NCBI GenBank assembly: GCA_018064365.1
Contig: JAGHVJ010000004.1
Coordinates: forward strand, 8,686 to 72,685
Reading direction: 5' to 3'
DNA from: Candidatus Enterousia onthequi
GTDB taxonomy: Bacteria > Pseudomonadota > Alphaproteobacteria > Rs-D84
Length of the DNA: 64,000 nucleotides
How positions within the stretch are numbered: position 1 is the stretch's first letter; the number at the start of each line of letters is the position of its first letter. The position numbers and the translations under genes were made by a program. The notes beneath the pieces were generated by a model. It had not been told where the DNA came from and made no database searches. It worked only from the letters and a program-made list of their open reading frames with translations. Shown piece by piece: positions 10,214 through 20,347 of the stretch.

Positions 10214-11421
10214 GTCATACTTTTATAAGTTTTATTTGTCTTTTTGCCAAATTGATTTCTTTGTTGTTTGGTCAAAATTTCATATTGCGTACTGTCGATA
10301 TTACGCAAAACCAAAGCACCATCATCTTCGCGATTTGACAACACTGGCATAATGCGTTGTTCTGGGATTCCAGTATCACGCAAAACCTGTTCTATGATTG
10401 CAAGACGACGCGCAGTCAATTTGCGGTCATCACTGTCGATTGTGGCATCGTTTGGAATTAAAATTTGAACAGCACGTTTTGGGTCATTTACAACAATACC
10501 CGCAAATGTCGTCAGCAAGGTGTAATTGTCGCGCGACAATGCAGAATCTGTATTACGAAAACCAACCTTGATTTCAAACGGGCGAATTCCAGAACCCATT
10601 TCAGACAAATTTTGTTCTGCCGTAAAGCCAGCCATTTCCGTAGTCACAGTTGTATCCATATCATCGACTGATGTATCACGCAACGCAGACAAATGTTTAT
10701 TTTCTGATAAAAATGTTTTACGAAAAGCCTTGCGCAATTCGGTTGGCGACAACCCAGCCAAACTGTCGCGTTGTTTTACAGCCGCCGTACGTGGTGCAGC
10801 GGTGTGTTTTTCAACACTGCGAATCAGAACATCAGGTTCATCCATTGGGACAACCGCACGCGACACACGGATTTCTTCATCCCGCGCAGTATTTTTTGCC
10901 AAATTCGCACGTTTCACACTGGCATTTGCGCGTTCTTGCAACTCTGCAATTTTATCCAATTTTGCATTGATTTCCGCCATGCGCTTTGTTGCTGCATCAA
11001 AATCGAAATCATCATTTGCCACAGGTTTATCCAATGTAAATTTTGGTTCTAAATTTTCATCTGGCAATTCAAAATCATTATTCAAAACCGCAACCTCGTC
11101 CGCGTAGGGCATACGCAAAGGCGTATCGTTTTGAACAGTATTTTCTGCCCATAAATTTGAACTGGGCAAATTGGGAGTCAAAACATCAACATCTGATTTT
11201 TTTGCGGTATATTTTACATTTGTTTTTTTCGCAGCACTACGAGAAACAACACGTTTTGCCGGCGCAACAGACACCGTTCCACGCATTGTAGATACACCTT
11301 CGCCAAATGCACTGGATGCAGAAACACCCGTCCCAGATACATTTACCGTTGGCAACTTTGCCCCAGCAAACGCCGGCAAAACCGCCACAAATGCAAATAC
11401 AGATATGAATTTGAATTGCAT
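10207..11421 (-). CDS. secreted hypothetical protein with a degenerate OmpA/MotB-like C-terminal region
   Basis: The ATG at 11421 has a GGAAAGGA Shine-Dalgarno. Signal peptide MQFKFISVFAFVAVLPAFAGA. The C-terminal segment ...DDRKLTARRLAIIEQVLRDTGIPEQRI... resembles OmpA_C helices only loosely. Confidence 0.55.
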   Translation of the reverse strand: MQFKFISVFAFVAVLPAFAGAKLPTVNVSGTGVSASSAFGEGVSTMRGTVSVAPAKRVVSRSAAKKTNVKYTAKKSDVDVLTPNLPSSNLWAENTVQNDTPLRMPYADEVAVLNNDFELPDENLEPKFTLDKPVANDDFDFDAATKRMAEINAKLDKIAELQERANASVKRANLAKNTARDEEIRVSRAVVPMDEPDVLIRSVEKHTAAPRTAAVKQRDSLAGLSPTELRKAFRKTFLSENKHLSALRDTSVDDMDTTVTTEMAGFTAEQNLSEMGSGIRPFEIKVGFRNTDSALSRDNYTLLTTFAGIVVNDPKRAVQILIPNDATIDSDDRKLTARRLAIIEQVLRDTGIPEQRIMPVLSNREDDGALVLRNIDSTQYEILTKQQRNQFGKKTNKTYKSMTW

Positions 11422-11487
11422 AATTCCTTTCCTTCCTAAGCACATCATAGAACAATTTACGAATTTCACGCAAGTATAAAATTACAT

Positions 11488-11522
11488 TAAAAAGCCCTGA
11501 ATTTAATCAGGGCTGTTTTTTA
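11488..11522. terminator. hairpin terminator after the efflux operon
   Basis: Stem agccctga / tcagggct, flanked by A- and T-runs. Confidence 0.6.
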
Positions 11523-14500
11523 TTTTTTCTTGGTTTTTATTTTTGGAAACCGAATACGCAAATTTAATTTTTTGCGCGTTGCATTTCGCATTTTTTCCAT
11601 TGCAAAGAACAATGCCGGTGTCAAAACAAATGTTAAAATCAAACTTGCTAACATTCCACCAATCATAACCGCCGCCATACCTGATTTCATTTTATCAGCG
11701 GACCATAATTGTGGCAACATACCTGCAATAACTGCGATTGATGTCATTAAAATCATATTGCGTTTTGACATCAGTTCAGACCATAACGCATTATATGGTT
11801 TTTCGCCATTACGCACACGATTGACAGTCGGTTCTAGCACCAAAATATTATTATTCACAACCAAACCGACTAACATAACAAATGCCAACATTGCACCAAT
11901 ATTCATAGACGCACCCGACAAGAACAACAACACAAACACACCAATAAAACTGGTAATAATAGATGTCGCAATTGTCAATGGATGTGTCAAAGAATTCAAA
12001 ATCGCTGCCAACAACATAAATGTCAAGACCGTTGCCAAAATAAACGCCATTCCAATTTCACCTGTTGTTTCACTTTGGACTTCGGACATACCGGCAAATT
12101 TCGCCTCGAACCCAGGCTGCCAATTCATTTCAGCAATTTCTGATTCTATTTTTGACTGAACAGGCCCCATTGTAGATTTACCGATATTTATGTCTATTTC
12201 AGTCACACGCGATTTATCCAAACGCGATATATTTGATGTTGATGGAACGTTTTGAATTTCGCCCAATTCTGATAACGCAACCATACCGCGTGGCGAATTT
12301 ACAAATACATTATTAAACATCAAATTCGTTTTAAATGGACGGGCAAATTCCAATACAATCGGGTATTCTTGGCCGTTTTCTTTATATTTATACGAATCGT
12401 TTCCATACAATGCCGTACGCAATACAGAGCCCGCATAAGAATTTTGCACCCCCCAAGCACTCATTTGTTCTTGGTTTGGAACAAAACGAATTTCATTATT
12501 CGGTGTTTGTTGCGCCAAAACCGCACTTTGGACTTCGGGGATATTATTGATACGCGCAACTAATTCATTTGCATATTGTTCACGCATTGCGTCATCGTCA
12601 CCATAAACATTTAATACCAAGTCAGACGAAACCCCACCGGACGTCGATTCGCCAGCACGAATTTGAATTTCTGCATCAGTTATATCTGCCATATCACGCA
12701 ACATTTTTTGTGCTAATTTTTTATCAGACAAACGACGTTGCGTTCTATCAGTTAAATTCGTTGTGATTGTTATATTTTGCAATCCACGTTCACCAATTTT
12801 AACAACCGTAGATTCGACTTCTGGATAAGTGTGCAAAATTTTATCTATATCATTTGCCACAGATACAGATTTTTCATATGTTGCACCCATTGGCGCACGC
12901 ACCGTCAATGTTATTTGATTCACATCGGTTGATGGTTGAAATTCATTACCAACAAAACTCATCAACTGTGATGCACCAATCAAAGCCAACACAGCAAACA
13001 AAACAACACGACCTGCATGCGCAAATTGATAATCGTACCATTGGCGCAACCATGTATGTTTTTCTTCTTTTTTTATTTCCGCAGCAACAGTCTTTTCACG
13101 ACGATTATTCAACCGCAAAAATTTTGCAATCATCATTGGTGTCAATGTGAACGAAAACAACAAAGACAACAATGTCAAATACACAACAGTCATTCCAAAT
13201 TGAACCATAAATTGACCTACGATTCCGCCCATAAACGCCAACGGCAAGAACACCACCACATTTGTCCCAACCCCAGCCAGCACGGATACTGCAACTTTTT
13301 TTGTTCCGTCAATTGCGGCATCTTCGGGATTTTTTCCGTCACGCATTTCTTGTAATGCAGCCTCTATCAAAATAATTGCATTTGACACCAGTGTTCCCAA
13401 AGCCGATGAATATGCCAACAATGTCATCGCATTTATTGTAAAACCACTGAGGCTGACAAAGAACAATCCTGCGACCAAAGATGCGGGAATCACAACACCT
13501 GCGATAACGGTAGAACGCCAATTTTGCGTAAATACCAACAATATGATAACAGTGAACACAATACCCAAAACAATTCCGTTAATTGTATCGTATGTATCAT
13601 CAGATATTGTTGTAGAAGAATCTGCAACGATTTCCATTTTTGCGTTTGGAAATTTTGTCTGCATTTGCTTTTCCAAATCTGGCAACACATCGCGCAAAGC
13701 ATTTGATATTTTTATCGCATTACCGTCAGACGCCTTTATCACAGATGCAATAATAACATCTTGGCCATTATACAATGCGCCGCGTTCTATATCACGTGCA
13801 GAATCACGCACAGACGCGACATCAGATAATTTGAAATTTTGACCTTCGGCTGTGACAATTTGCAAATTTTCGATTTCTTCGACACTTGCAAATTCACCAA
13901 TAAAACGAACATTTGCAGAACCTGTACCACTTTCAATTTTTCCGCCAGGCACATTTAAATTTTTATTTCCCAATGCCGATACTATGTCAACAACCGTCAC
14001 ACCACGCGCCGCCATTTCATCAGGTGACATTTCTATGCGAATCGCACGTTGCAAACCACCAAACACATTTACATTTGCAACACCACGTATAGCGGTTATT
14101 TTGTTCGACAATGTTTCATCTGTGTATTCGTATAAATCACGCGCATTATCACCGTAAATCGCGATATCAATCACAGATTGTTGTAATGGATTTAATTTTT
14201 CTACAACTGGTTGTTTCATATCTTCTGGGAATTCAGATAATAACGCGTCCAGTTTTGATTTAACCTCGGACGCTTTGTCATTTACATTTACGCCCAGATT
14301 AAATTCTGCCATCACATATCCGCCATTTTCATATGCGGACGATGTTATTTTCTTTAACCCCGACACTTCGGACATGGCGTCTTCGGCCTTTTTCAAAATT
14401 TGGGATTCTATTTCCGCAGGTTCTGCACCGGGATAAACAAAAGACGCCGTCACATACGGGAAATCCAATGAGGGAGTCCGTTCAATATTCATACCATTAA

Positions 14501-14579
14501 AAGAATAAAAACCCAATACGACCCAAAATAGAACGAACATAATTGTTGTAATTGGTCTTTTTACAAAAAATTTCAACAT
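11520..14579 (-). CDS. RND efflux transporter permease (AcrB/HAE1-like)
   Basis: 1019 aa. The N-terminus MLKFFVKRPITTIMFVLFWVVLG is typical, and the layout is 12 transmembrane helices with two large periplasmic loops. Confidence 0.92.
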   Translation of the reverse strand: MLKFFVKRPITTIMFVLFWVVLGFYSFNGMNIERTPSLDFPYVTASFVYPGAEPAEIESQILKKAEDAMSEVSGLKKITSSAYENGGYVMAEFNLGVNVNDKASEVKSKLDALLSEFPEDMKQPVVEKLNPLQQSVIDIAIYGDNARDLYEYTDETLSNKITAIRGVANVNVFGGLQRAIRIEMSPDEMAARGVTVVDIVSALGNKNLNVPGGKIESGTGSANVRFIGEFASVEEIENLQIVTAEGQNFKLSDVASVRDSARDIERGALYNGQDVIIASVIKASDGNAIKISNALRDVLPDLEKQMQTKFPNAKMEIVADSSTTISDDTYDTINGIVLGIVFTVIILLVFTQNWRSTVIAGVVIPASLVAGLFFVSLSGFTINAMTLLAYSSALGTLVSNAIILIEAALQEMRDGKNPEDAAIDGTKKVAVSVLAGVGTNVVVFLPLAFMGGIVGQFMVQFGMTVVYLTLLSLLFSFTLTPMMIAKFLRLNNRREKTVAAEIKKEEKHTWLRQWYDYQFAHAGRVVLFAVLALIGASQLMSFVGNEFQPSTDVNQITLTVRAPMGATYEKSVSVANDIDKILHTYPEVESTVVKIGERGLQNITITTNLTDRTQRRLSDKKLAQKMLRDMADITDAEIQIRAGESTSGGVSSDLVLNVYGDDDAMREQYANELVARINNIPEVQSAVLAQQTPNNEIRFVPNQEQMSAWGVQNSYAGSVLRTALYGNDSYKYKENGQEYPIVLEFARPFKTNLMFNNVFVNSPRGMVALSELGEIQNVPSTSNISRLDKSRVTEIDINIGKSTMGPVQSKIESEIAEMNWQPGFEAKFAGMSEVQSETTGEIGMAFILATVLTFMLLAAILNSLTHPLTIATSIITSFIGVFVLLFLSGASMNIGAMLAFVMLVGLVVNNNILVLEPTVNRVRNGEKPYNALWSELMSKRNMILMTSIAVIAGMLPQLWSADKMKSGMAAVMIGGMLASLILTFVLTPALFFAMEKMRNATRKKLNLRIRFPKIKTKKK

Positions 14580-14584
14580 TTTGA

Positions 14585-15232
14585 TTACTCCCCTTGGTCT
14601 ATTGTATTGTCTGTTTTATTTTCAATTCGAACGCGTTCCCCGTCTGAGACATGGGACAATATAACAATATCACCATCGTGCAGACCTTGGGTTATCAATG
14701 CAGTGTTTGCATCACTGTGCGCAACAATAACATGGCGCGATACAGCCTTTCCATTTTCATACACAAAAACGTTTTCGTTTACTATTGCATAAACAGGAAC
14801 AAAATATCCATTTCGTGTGTATTCTACATATTGCAAGCCGTTTTCAACCCCAGATGTTTTTATCACATACATACCTGTATCCAGATTTATATTTTGTGAT
14901 ACAGATGTGATTTTGCCATTTCCAACCAATTGTCCTGGGCGAAACAATCCAACACGATTGCCCGTCACATACGCACGGTTATTTTCAACTGTGACTGGTT
15001 CACGCAACGACCCAGATGAATTTTGCGCCGTCATTGTTAAAACAGGCGTTCCGTTTTCTTGCACATCACGAGCAATATTAAAAACAGTTTCATTATGTTG
15101 CAAAATCAAAGACACAATTCTGAAACACAACCAAAACACCAATGCACACACGCACAAGATATAAAGCCATTTTTTTACCTTGGCACGATTTGAAATTTTG
15201 AAAAACCTAAGCAATCTTTCCATTTTATTCAC
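14585..15232 (-). CDS. RND periplasmic adaptor (membrane fusion protein), unusually short (215 aa)
   Basis: An N-terminal transmembrane anchor is followed by beta-rich sequence ending ...ALITQGLHDGDIVILSHVSDGERVRI, typical of membrane fusion protein C-termini. It sits between the TolC-like and RND genes. Confidence 0.7.
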   Translation of the reverse strand: MNKMERLLRFFKISNRAKVKKWLYILCVCALVFWLCFRIVSLILQHNETVFNIARDVQENGTPVLTMTAQNSSGSLREPVTVENNRAYVTGNRVGLFRPGQLVGNGKITSVSQNINLDTGMYVIKTSGVENGLQYVEYTRNGYFVPVYAIVNENVFVYENGKAVSRHVIVAHSDANTALITQGLHDGDIVILSHVSDGERVRIENKTDNTIDQGE

Positions 15233-16547
15233 CTAACTTTTTAACAGATTCCACAGACATTAAAATTTTATATTTTGCGTTTAATAATGCGATATCCAGT
15301 TGATACAGACCGGATGCAACCTCGGATAATTCGACCGCAGATGTTTGACCGGCACCAAATCTTTGTTGCGAAAATTCGTATGCTTTGGCCGCCAAATCAC
15401 GCGCATTTTGCATATTTGCCAAATTGTCACGCAAATGATTGTATTGGCGAATTGCGTTTGTATATTGTTCGGTCGTCAATTTTTTTGCCTTGTCCAAGTC
15501 TTGACGTGCAGCCTCGGCATTCATTGCATCGACGGTCGCATTTGCACGATCTAAGCCACCTGTAAAAATAGGCACTTGCAACGACAACCCCCAATACGCA
15601 GATTGCGACCCAGATTTATCAAACAAATGTCCAACATCCCCAGCCATACTGGTATAATTATATGAACCAACCGCCGCCAATGTTGGATAACCGTTTGCGC
15701 GTTTAGATGATGCTTGGGACTCGTACATATTGACCTGTTCCTGTAAAGCGCGCCATTGAGGTGATGATGTCAATTGTTTTTCGTCCATTGGTTCAAATTC
15801 TGATGGAAAATTATCTGTTAAAACCAATTCTTCATTTACATCTATGCCGGCAAAAATTTTCAACATACGATGCGCCGTATCACGATTAAATTCTGCATCA
15901 GACAGATTGATTTCTTTGGATGCGATATCTGTTTCGATTTTAACCAAGTTGCTGCGATTTGCACGACCTGTGGCCGTCAATTTTGTTTTAGAAGTTTTTG
16001 CGTTTTTCAAATCTTGTTCTGCCAATTTTACAATTTCGTCAGTCATTTTCGCAGTCCAATACAAATCAGCCGCACTGTAAACGACATCACGCATAGCAAT
16101 TTCTTTGCCGGTTTCAGACATTTTTATTGCGCTGTGCACACTGTCCACAGCATTACCAATTTTTCCAAATGTGTAAATCGGTTGCGATATAGACACACCC
16201 GCCATAAATAAATTATCAGGAATTACAATTTGTGTTGGGTCTTGGCCAAAACTCTGTAAAATTCCGCCCAGTTCAGGTGGCAATTCTATACCGTCACGAC
16301 TGGTCGGGCGGGCAACATCAACCATATTCATATATGATGCATTTGCACTGATATTCACCCAACGATTCGCATTTACCGCATCCAGTTGCGCATGTGCCAT
16401 TTTAACATTAGCCTCGGCTTTTTTAATGTCGTTAGATTCGTCAATGATTTTTTCAACCGCGTCGTTCAAAGACAAATCCATAGAATACGCGACATTTGTC
16501 CCCATGCATGCACATGCCAAAAATACAGCCAATTTATATTTACGCAT
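15225..16547 (-). CDS. TolC-family outer-membrane efflux channel
   Basis: 440 aa with a signal peptide. Contains LSLNDAVEKIIDESNDIKKAEANVKMAHAQLD and a repeated coiled-coil/beta architecture. Confidence 0.88.
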   Translation of the reverse strand: MRKYKLAVFLACACMGTNVAYSMDLSLNDAVEKIIDESNDIKKAEANVKMAHAQLDAVNANRWVNISANASYMNMVDVARPTSRDGIELPPELGGILQSFGQDPTQIVIPDNLFMAGVSISQPIYTFGKIGNAVDSVHSAIKMSETGKEIAMRDVVYSAADLYWTAKMTDEIVKLAEQDLKNAKTSKTKLTATGRANRSNLVKIETDIASKEINLSDAEFNRDTAHRMLKIFAGIDVNEELVLTDNFPSEFEPMDEKQLTSSPQWRALQEQVNMYESQASSKRANGYPTLAAVGSYNYTSMAGDVGHLFDKSGSQSAYWGLSLQVPIFTGGLDRANATVDAMNAEAARQDLDKAKKLTTEQYTNAIRQYNHLRDNLANMQNARDLAAKAYEFSQQRFGAGQTSAVELSEVASGLYQLDIALLNAKYKILMSVESVKKLGE

Positions 16548-16989
16548 TTATTTCCTCCATCTGTTTTAAAATTTTATTTATATTGTATAAACATTCAGTC
16601 AATTTTTTTTCGTCAGCAGCACTCAAATATTTGCAAAACTCGGTTATCGTGTTAAAAACACCTTCTTTGAATTGATTGGTTATTTTTTTGCCATGTGGCG
16701 TTAACGCATACCAAGTATTACGACGGTCTTGGTCATCAACCGTTCGCACAACCAATCCATCAGATTCCAGTTTTCTAAACATAATGCACAGGTTCGGCGT
16801 TGGCATACCTTGGCGATGAGCAATTTCTTTTAATTTCGAACGTCCCACCGTCATTAAATCAACCAATACCATCAGTTGTTGGCGACTGTATCCAACAGAT
16901 TGCGACGGATATTGATGAATACGCGACAACATACGTTCGACAATCATTCCGTTTTCTTCGATTAAAGCAATGTATTCTTTTTTTTCCAT
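16540..16989 (-). CDS. MarR-family transcriptional regulator
   Basis: 149 aa winged helix-turn-helix (LMVLVDLMTVGRSKLKEIAHRQGMPTPNLCIMFRKLESDGLVVRTVDDQDRRNTWYALTPHGKK). Overlaps the tolC-like start by 8 nt. Confidence 0.88.
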   Translation of the reverse strand: MEKKEYIALIEENGMIVERMLSRIHQYPSQSVGYSRQQLMVLVDLMTVGRSKLKEIAHRQGMPTPNLCIMFRKLESDGLVVRTVDDQDRRNTWYALTPHGKKITNQFKEGVFNTITEFCKYLSAADEKKLTECLYNINKILKQMEEINA

Positions 16990-17151
16990 TAGAGTCCCCT
17001 GCGATTTTAATAAAAAATCATTAAAAACTTTAACGATTATATACCTAAACTTTTTATTTTCAAGTTATATTTATTAAAAATTTTAACATTTATTTCTTGC
17101 CAAATGAAAAATGTATGGTAAAACCATCAGTAGATTTCATAAAGTGTTAAT

Positions 17152-17919
17152 ATGCCATTTATGAGAAACGAGAAAAATATGAATTTTAGAACTTTTTTTG
17201 CAAATGCGGTTTGTGGCACTATCCCTGGAAAGCGACGCCGTGATATTGTACGCATAAAAATCAAATATCATAAATATCTGCATGATTGCAAAGAATTTGC
17301 ATTGGCACATATTGATGGAAAGCCGCATAAAATAAAAATTGATGTTGGTCCACGTGGACATAATTTAATATTGTTGGTTGATAAATTGTGTGCATTTAAA
17401 TTTCCACTGCATGATAATGGTTATGAAAAGTCTATGCGCGAGAAAAAAATCGTTGATGCGTTTTCAAAAATATCCCCTGTCAAAATTCCAAAAACAAAGG
17501 TATTTCAATGGGGTGATATTTGGGTTCGCAAATACGAATTTGCAGACGGTGTTTTATTGAAAAAAATAAAACCAGAAACAGTTATACAAAATCGCGATAA
17601 AATCGCAAAGCAATTAGCAAATTTTATTTTTCAAATCGGTATATCTGACCCGACTGAATTATATGATTTAAAACCAAAGAAAAATGACAAGCCAGAATTT
17701 ATGCACGGATGGTTTCATAATGACATTGCTGAAAATTTTACTGTTGACCCTAACACATTGGACATAAAATATTTCATAGATTGGGAAGATGCCCAATTTA
17801 TGGATTTCTGTTTTACATCTATGCAGCGCAATTGGGAAAAATTGGGTTTCGATGGATTATATGATGCGTTGATTAAAAAGTATAATGCTCTGTATGAAAA
17901 AAACACTAAACGCAATTGA
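17152..17919 (+). CDS. phosphotransferase (APH/choline-kinase-like) family protein
   Basis: WFHNDIAENFTVD and FIDWEDAQF resemble the catalytic-loop and metal-binding motifs of the aminoglycoside/choline kinase fold. The start is ambiguous between M1, M4 and M10. Confidence 0.5.
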   Translation: MPFMRNEKNMNFRTFFANAVCGTIPGKRRRDIVRIKIKYHKYLHDCKEFALAHIDGKPHKIKIDVGPRGHNLILLVDKLCAFKFPLHDNGYEKSMREKKIVDAFSKISPVKIPKTKVFQWGDIWVRKYEFADGVLLKKIKPETVIQNRDKIAKQLANFIFQIGISDPTELYDLKPKKNDKPEFMHGWFHNDIAENFTVDPNTLDIKYFIDWEDAQFMDFCFTSMQRNWEKLGFDGLYDALIKKYNALYEKNTKRN

Positions 17920-17944
17920 CATTTGAAAAAACATTGGGTATTCT
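17916..17944 (+). promoter_or_regulatory. sigma70-like promoter for the tRNA: TTGACA, 17-nt spacer, TATTCT
   Basis: ttgaca at 17916-17921 and tattct at 17939-17944, about 18 nt upstream of the tRNA 5' end. Confidence 0.5.
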
Positions 17945-17961
17945 GTGGTGGTCTTTGAACA

Positions 17962-18036
17962 GCTCCCATCGTCTAGCGGTCAGGACATCGGATTCTCATT
18001 CCGGCAACATGGGTTCGATTCCCATTGGGAGTGCCA
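17962..18036 (+). tRNA. tRNA-Glu (anticodon CUC), with encoded CCA
   Basis: Hand-folded cloverleaf. Acceptor stem GCTCCCA / TGGGAGT (G1-U72 wobble), D arm GTCT..GGAC, anticodon stem TCGGA / TCCGG with loop TTCTCAT. The variable loop is 4 nt (CAAC), as in bacterial tRNA-Glu, and the T arm is ATGGG-TTCGATT-CCCAT. Confidence 0.85.
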
Positions 18037-18044
18037 AAAATAAC

Positions 18045-18072
18045 AAAACCGCCATTATTGGCGGTTTTTTTC
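18045..18072. terminator. bidirectional terminator between the tRNA and murG
   Basis: aaaaccgcc-attatt-ggcggtttttttt. Confidence 0.75.
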
Positions 18073-18089
18073 TAATGATTTTTGTATCT

Positions 18090-19142
18090 TTATTTTGTTA
18101 CTGTGTCGGCGATGTTTTTGGCAGCGTTGTTTTCTACCAAAGATTTTTGTGCCATTTTTTCCAGTCTTGTCGGATTTTCAAATAATTCCGTCAATGTGTT
18201 TTCCAACCATTTTACCGTGAATTTAGATTGCTCTATCGCAAATCCGCCACCCAATTTTGCAAATGCCGCCGCATTGGCCGCTTGGTCTGGATTTATATTC
18301 AATGGAACCAAAATTGCCGGACGACCAATTGTCTCTAATTCTATGACGGTACTGGCGCCACTGCGACCGATGACCAAATCAGCGTCAACTATTGCACCCG
18401 CCATGTCACGAATAAAAGACAATACATTTGCGTGGATTTTATGTTCTGCATAAAAACGTTGCAATTTTTCAACATTTTCTGGACGTGTTTGGTGCGTGAC
18501 GAAAATCTTTTTATTTTTCATATTCGCAACCGCCAACGGCACAATTTCATCCAAAATTTGCGCTCCCAATGAACCACCCGTCACCAGCAAATGAGATTTG
18601 TTTGGTATTTTTGTTCCTGCGGCAGTCAAGAAATCTGCACGCACCGGCAATCCTGTGTACACAATATTGGTTTTCGTTTTTGGCATACCGTTGACCGTTG
18701 GAAAACTGGTCATCAATGTTTTAACCCAGCGCATAGCAAATTTATTTGCACGACCGATGGCTGCATTTTGTTCGTGTAAAAATGTCGGTATGCCCCATAC
18801 GTGCGCAGCAAACACCACCGGAACAGACGCATATCCACCAAACGCCACAACACGTGATGGACGTGAAAACACAAATCGCAATATCAAGCCAAATGCCGAT
18901 ATACCAATTTTAAACAACGCGTATATTTGTTTCATTTTACTTTTTGCGCCAACCCCAGACGCCCAAACATGAGCAATACGCGCACCGTGTGGCGCAGAAT
19001 CGCGAACCATTTTGTCCGTTCGTCCATCACAAGAAATTGTTATTTTATGTCCACGCGACGCCAATTCCGATGCCACAGCCATAGCAGGGAAAACATGTCC
19101 ACCGGTTCCACCTGTTGCAATCCATATTTTCATATTATTCAC
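18090..19142 (-). CDS. murG: UDP-N-acetylglucosamine--N-acetylmuramyl-(pentapeptide) pyrophosphoryl-undecaprenol GlcNAc transferase
   Basis: IWIATGGTGGHVFPAMAVASEL plus a GT28 C-terminal domain. Positioned after ftsW. Confidence 0.93.
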   Translation of the reverse strand: MNNMKIWIATGGTGGHVFPAMAVASELASRGHKITISCDGRTDKMVRDSAPHGARIAHVWASGVGAKSKMKQIYALFKIGISAFGLILRFVFSRPSRVVAFGGYASVPVVFAAHVWGIPTFLHEQNAAIGRANKFAMRWVKTLMTSFPTVNGMPKTKTNIVYTGLPVRADFLTAAGTKIPNKSHLLVTGGSLGAQILDEIVPLAVANMKNKKIFVTHQTRPENVEKLQRFYAEHKIHANVLSFIRDMAGAIVDADLVIGRSGASTVIELETIGRPAILVPLNINPDQAANAAAFAKLGGGFAIEQSKFTVKWLENTLTELFENPTRLEKMAQKSLVENNAAKNIADTVTK

Positions 19143-19157
19143 CTTTGTTTTATTTTT

Positions 19158-20321
19158 TTATTTCCATTTATCTTCACGTATCAATGCCAATGTCATTCCG
19201 AACAATAGACAAAATCCCAAAAACGAACTGCCCCCGAATGATATAAATGGCAAAGTCATTCCTTTTGGTGGCATTACGTGTAATGTCGTTGCCAAATTCA
19301 AACATATCTGAACGGAAAACAATGCTGTTGTTCCCGTAATTACATACAGCACAAATTTATCGCGCGCAGATGCAGCAGACTGCATTAGACGTTTTATCAC
19401 CATAATAAATAAAACCAACAACAAACACCCAGCCAATGCACCAAAATCTTCGACCAATGCCGCATACACAAAATCATTTTCTGCCATCGGCAGGTTTTCG
19501 GCGGCAAAAGCCTCGTCCCCCATGCCAAACAAACCACCTTGGCGAATTGCGTTCACAGCAAAACCAACCTGGGACAATGGGTCTAATGGCTGAAAGAAAT
19601 CCATTATACGTTCGTGAACATGGTGCCATAAGAAAAATGCCAATGTTCCACCACCAACCAAAATTCCACCCAATATTGCCACAATTCTTTTCGGCAATCC
19701 GGCCACAAACAACATTATCCCCAGCACCAAGAAATACAACATTGATGTCCCGACATCGGGCTGTTTAAACATTATTCCCAATGTCAAACAAAACACAAAT
19801 ATATACGGCCACCAAGACATCCAATTAAATTTCCACGCTTCTCGATTCAAGAATATATTGTCACCGTATTTTTCTTTCATACGCGCCAAAAACCATGCGG
19901 TAATTACAACAAATCCTGGTTTCATAATATCAGACGGCATCAACTTTAATCCACCCAGCACGACCCATCGTGCAGAACCATTTACAAGTTGCGGATGAAT
20001 AAATGTCATTATCAATAACGGCAAACACACAATTATATTTAACCATGCGATATTCAAAACCCATTTTTTGTTAAACATACTGGTTATAAACAATGTGCCC
20101 AAACCAACGATATAAAAAGGAAACATTTTTACAAAAAAGTAATACCATGGTAATGCGCCATGCACACGGATAGAATTTGCACTGCCAGTTGATATTGCAG
20201 CAATCATACCAACAAAAATCATTATCCCAACATATAACAACAGCCATCTGTCTGTTCCGAAATACCAATCGGTCAATTTGCTGTCGTCTGTTCTGCGTGC
20301 AACTTCATTTATAACCGCCAT
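19158..20321 (-). CDS. ftsW: FtsW/RodA (SEDS) family peptidoglycan polymerase, probably FtsW by context
   Basis: 387 aa polytopic protein. The C-terminal motif PPKGMTLPFISFGGSS is diagnostic of SEDS proteins. Confidence 0.88.
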   Translation of the reverse strand: MAVINEVARRTDDSKLTDWYFGTDRWLLLYVGIMIFVGMIAAISTGSANSIRVHGALPWYYFFVKMFPFYIVGLGTLFITSMFNKKWVLNIAWLNIIVCLPLLIMTFIHPQLVNGSARWVVLGGLKLMPSDIMKPGFVVITAWFLARMKEKYGDNIFLNREAWKFNWMSWWPYIFVFCLTLGIMFKQPDVGTSMLYFLVLGIMLFVAGLPKRIVAILGGILVGGGTLAFFLWHHVHERIMDFFQPLDPLSQVGFAVNAIRQGGLFGMGDEAFAAENLPMAENDFVYAALVEDFGALAGCLLLVLFIMVIKRLMQSAASARDKFVLYVITGTTALFSVQICLNLATTLHVMPPKGMTLPFISFGGSSFLGFCLLFGMTLALIREDKWK

Positions 20322-20347
20322 TTTTATCCGTCCCTGTGATTAAAAAT

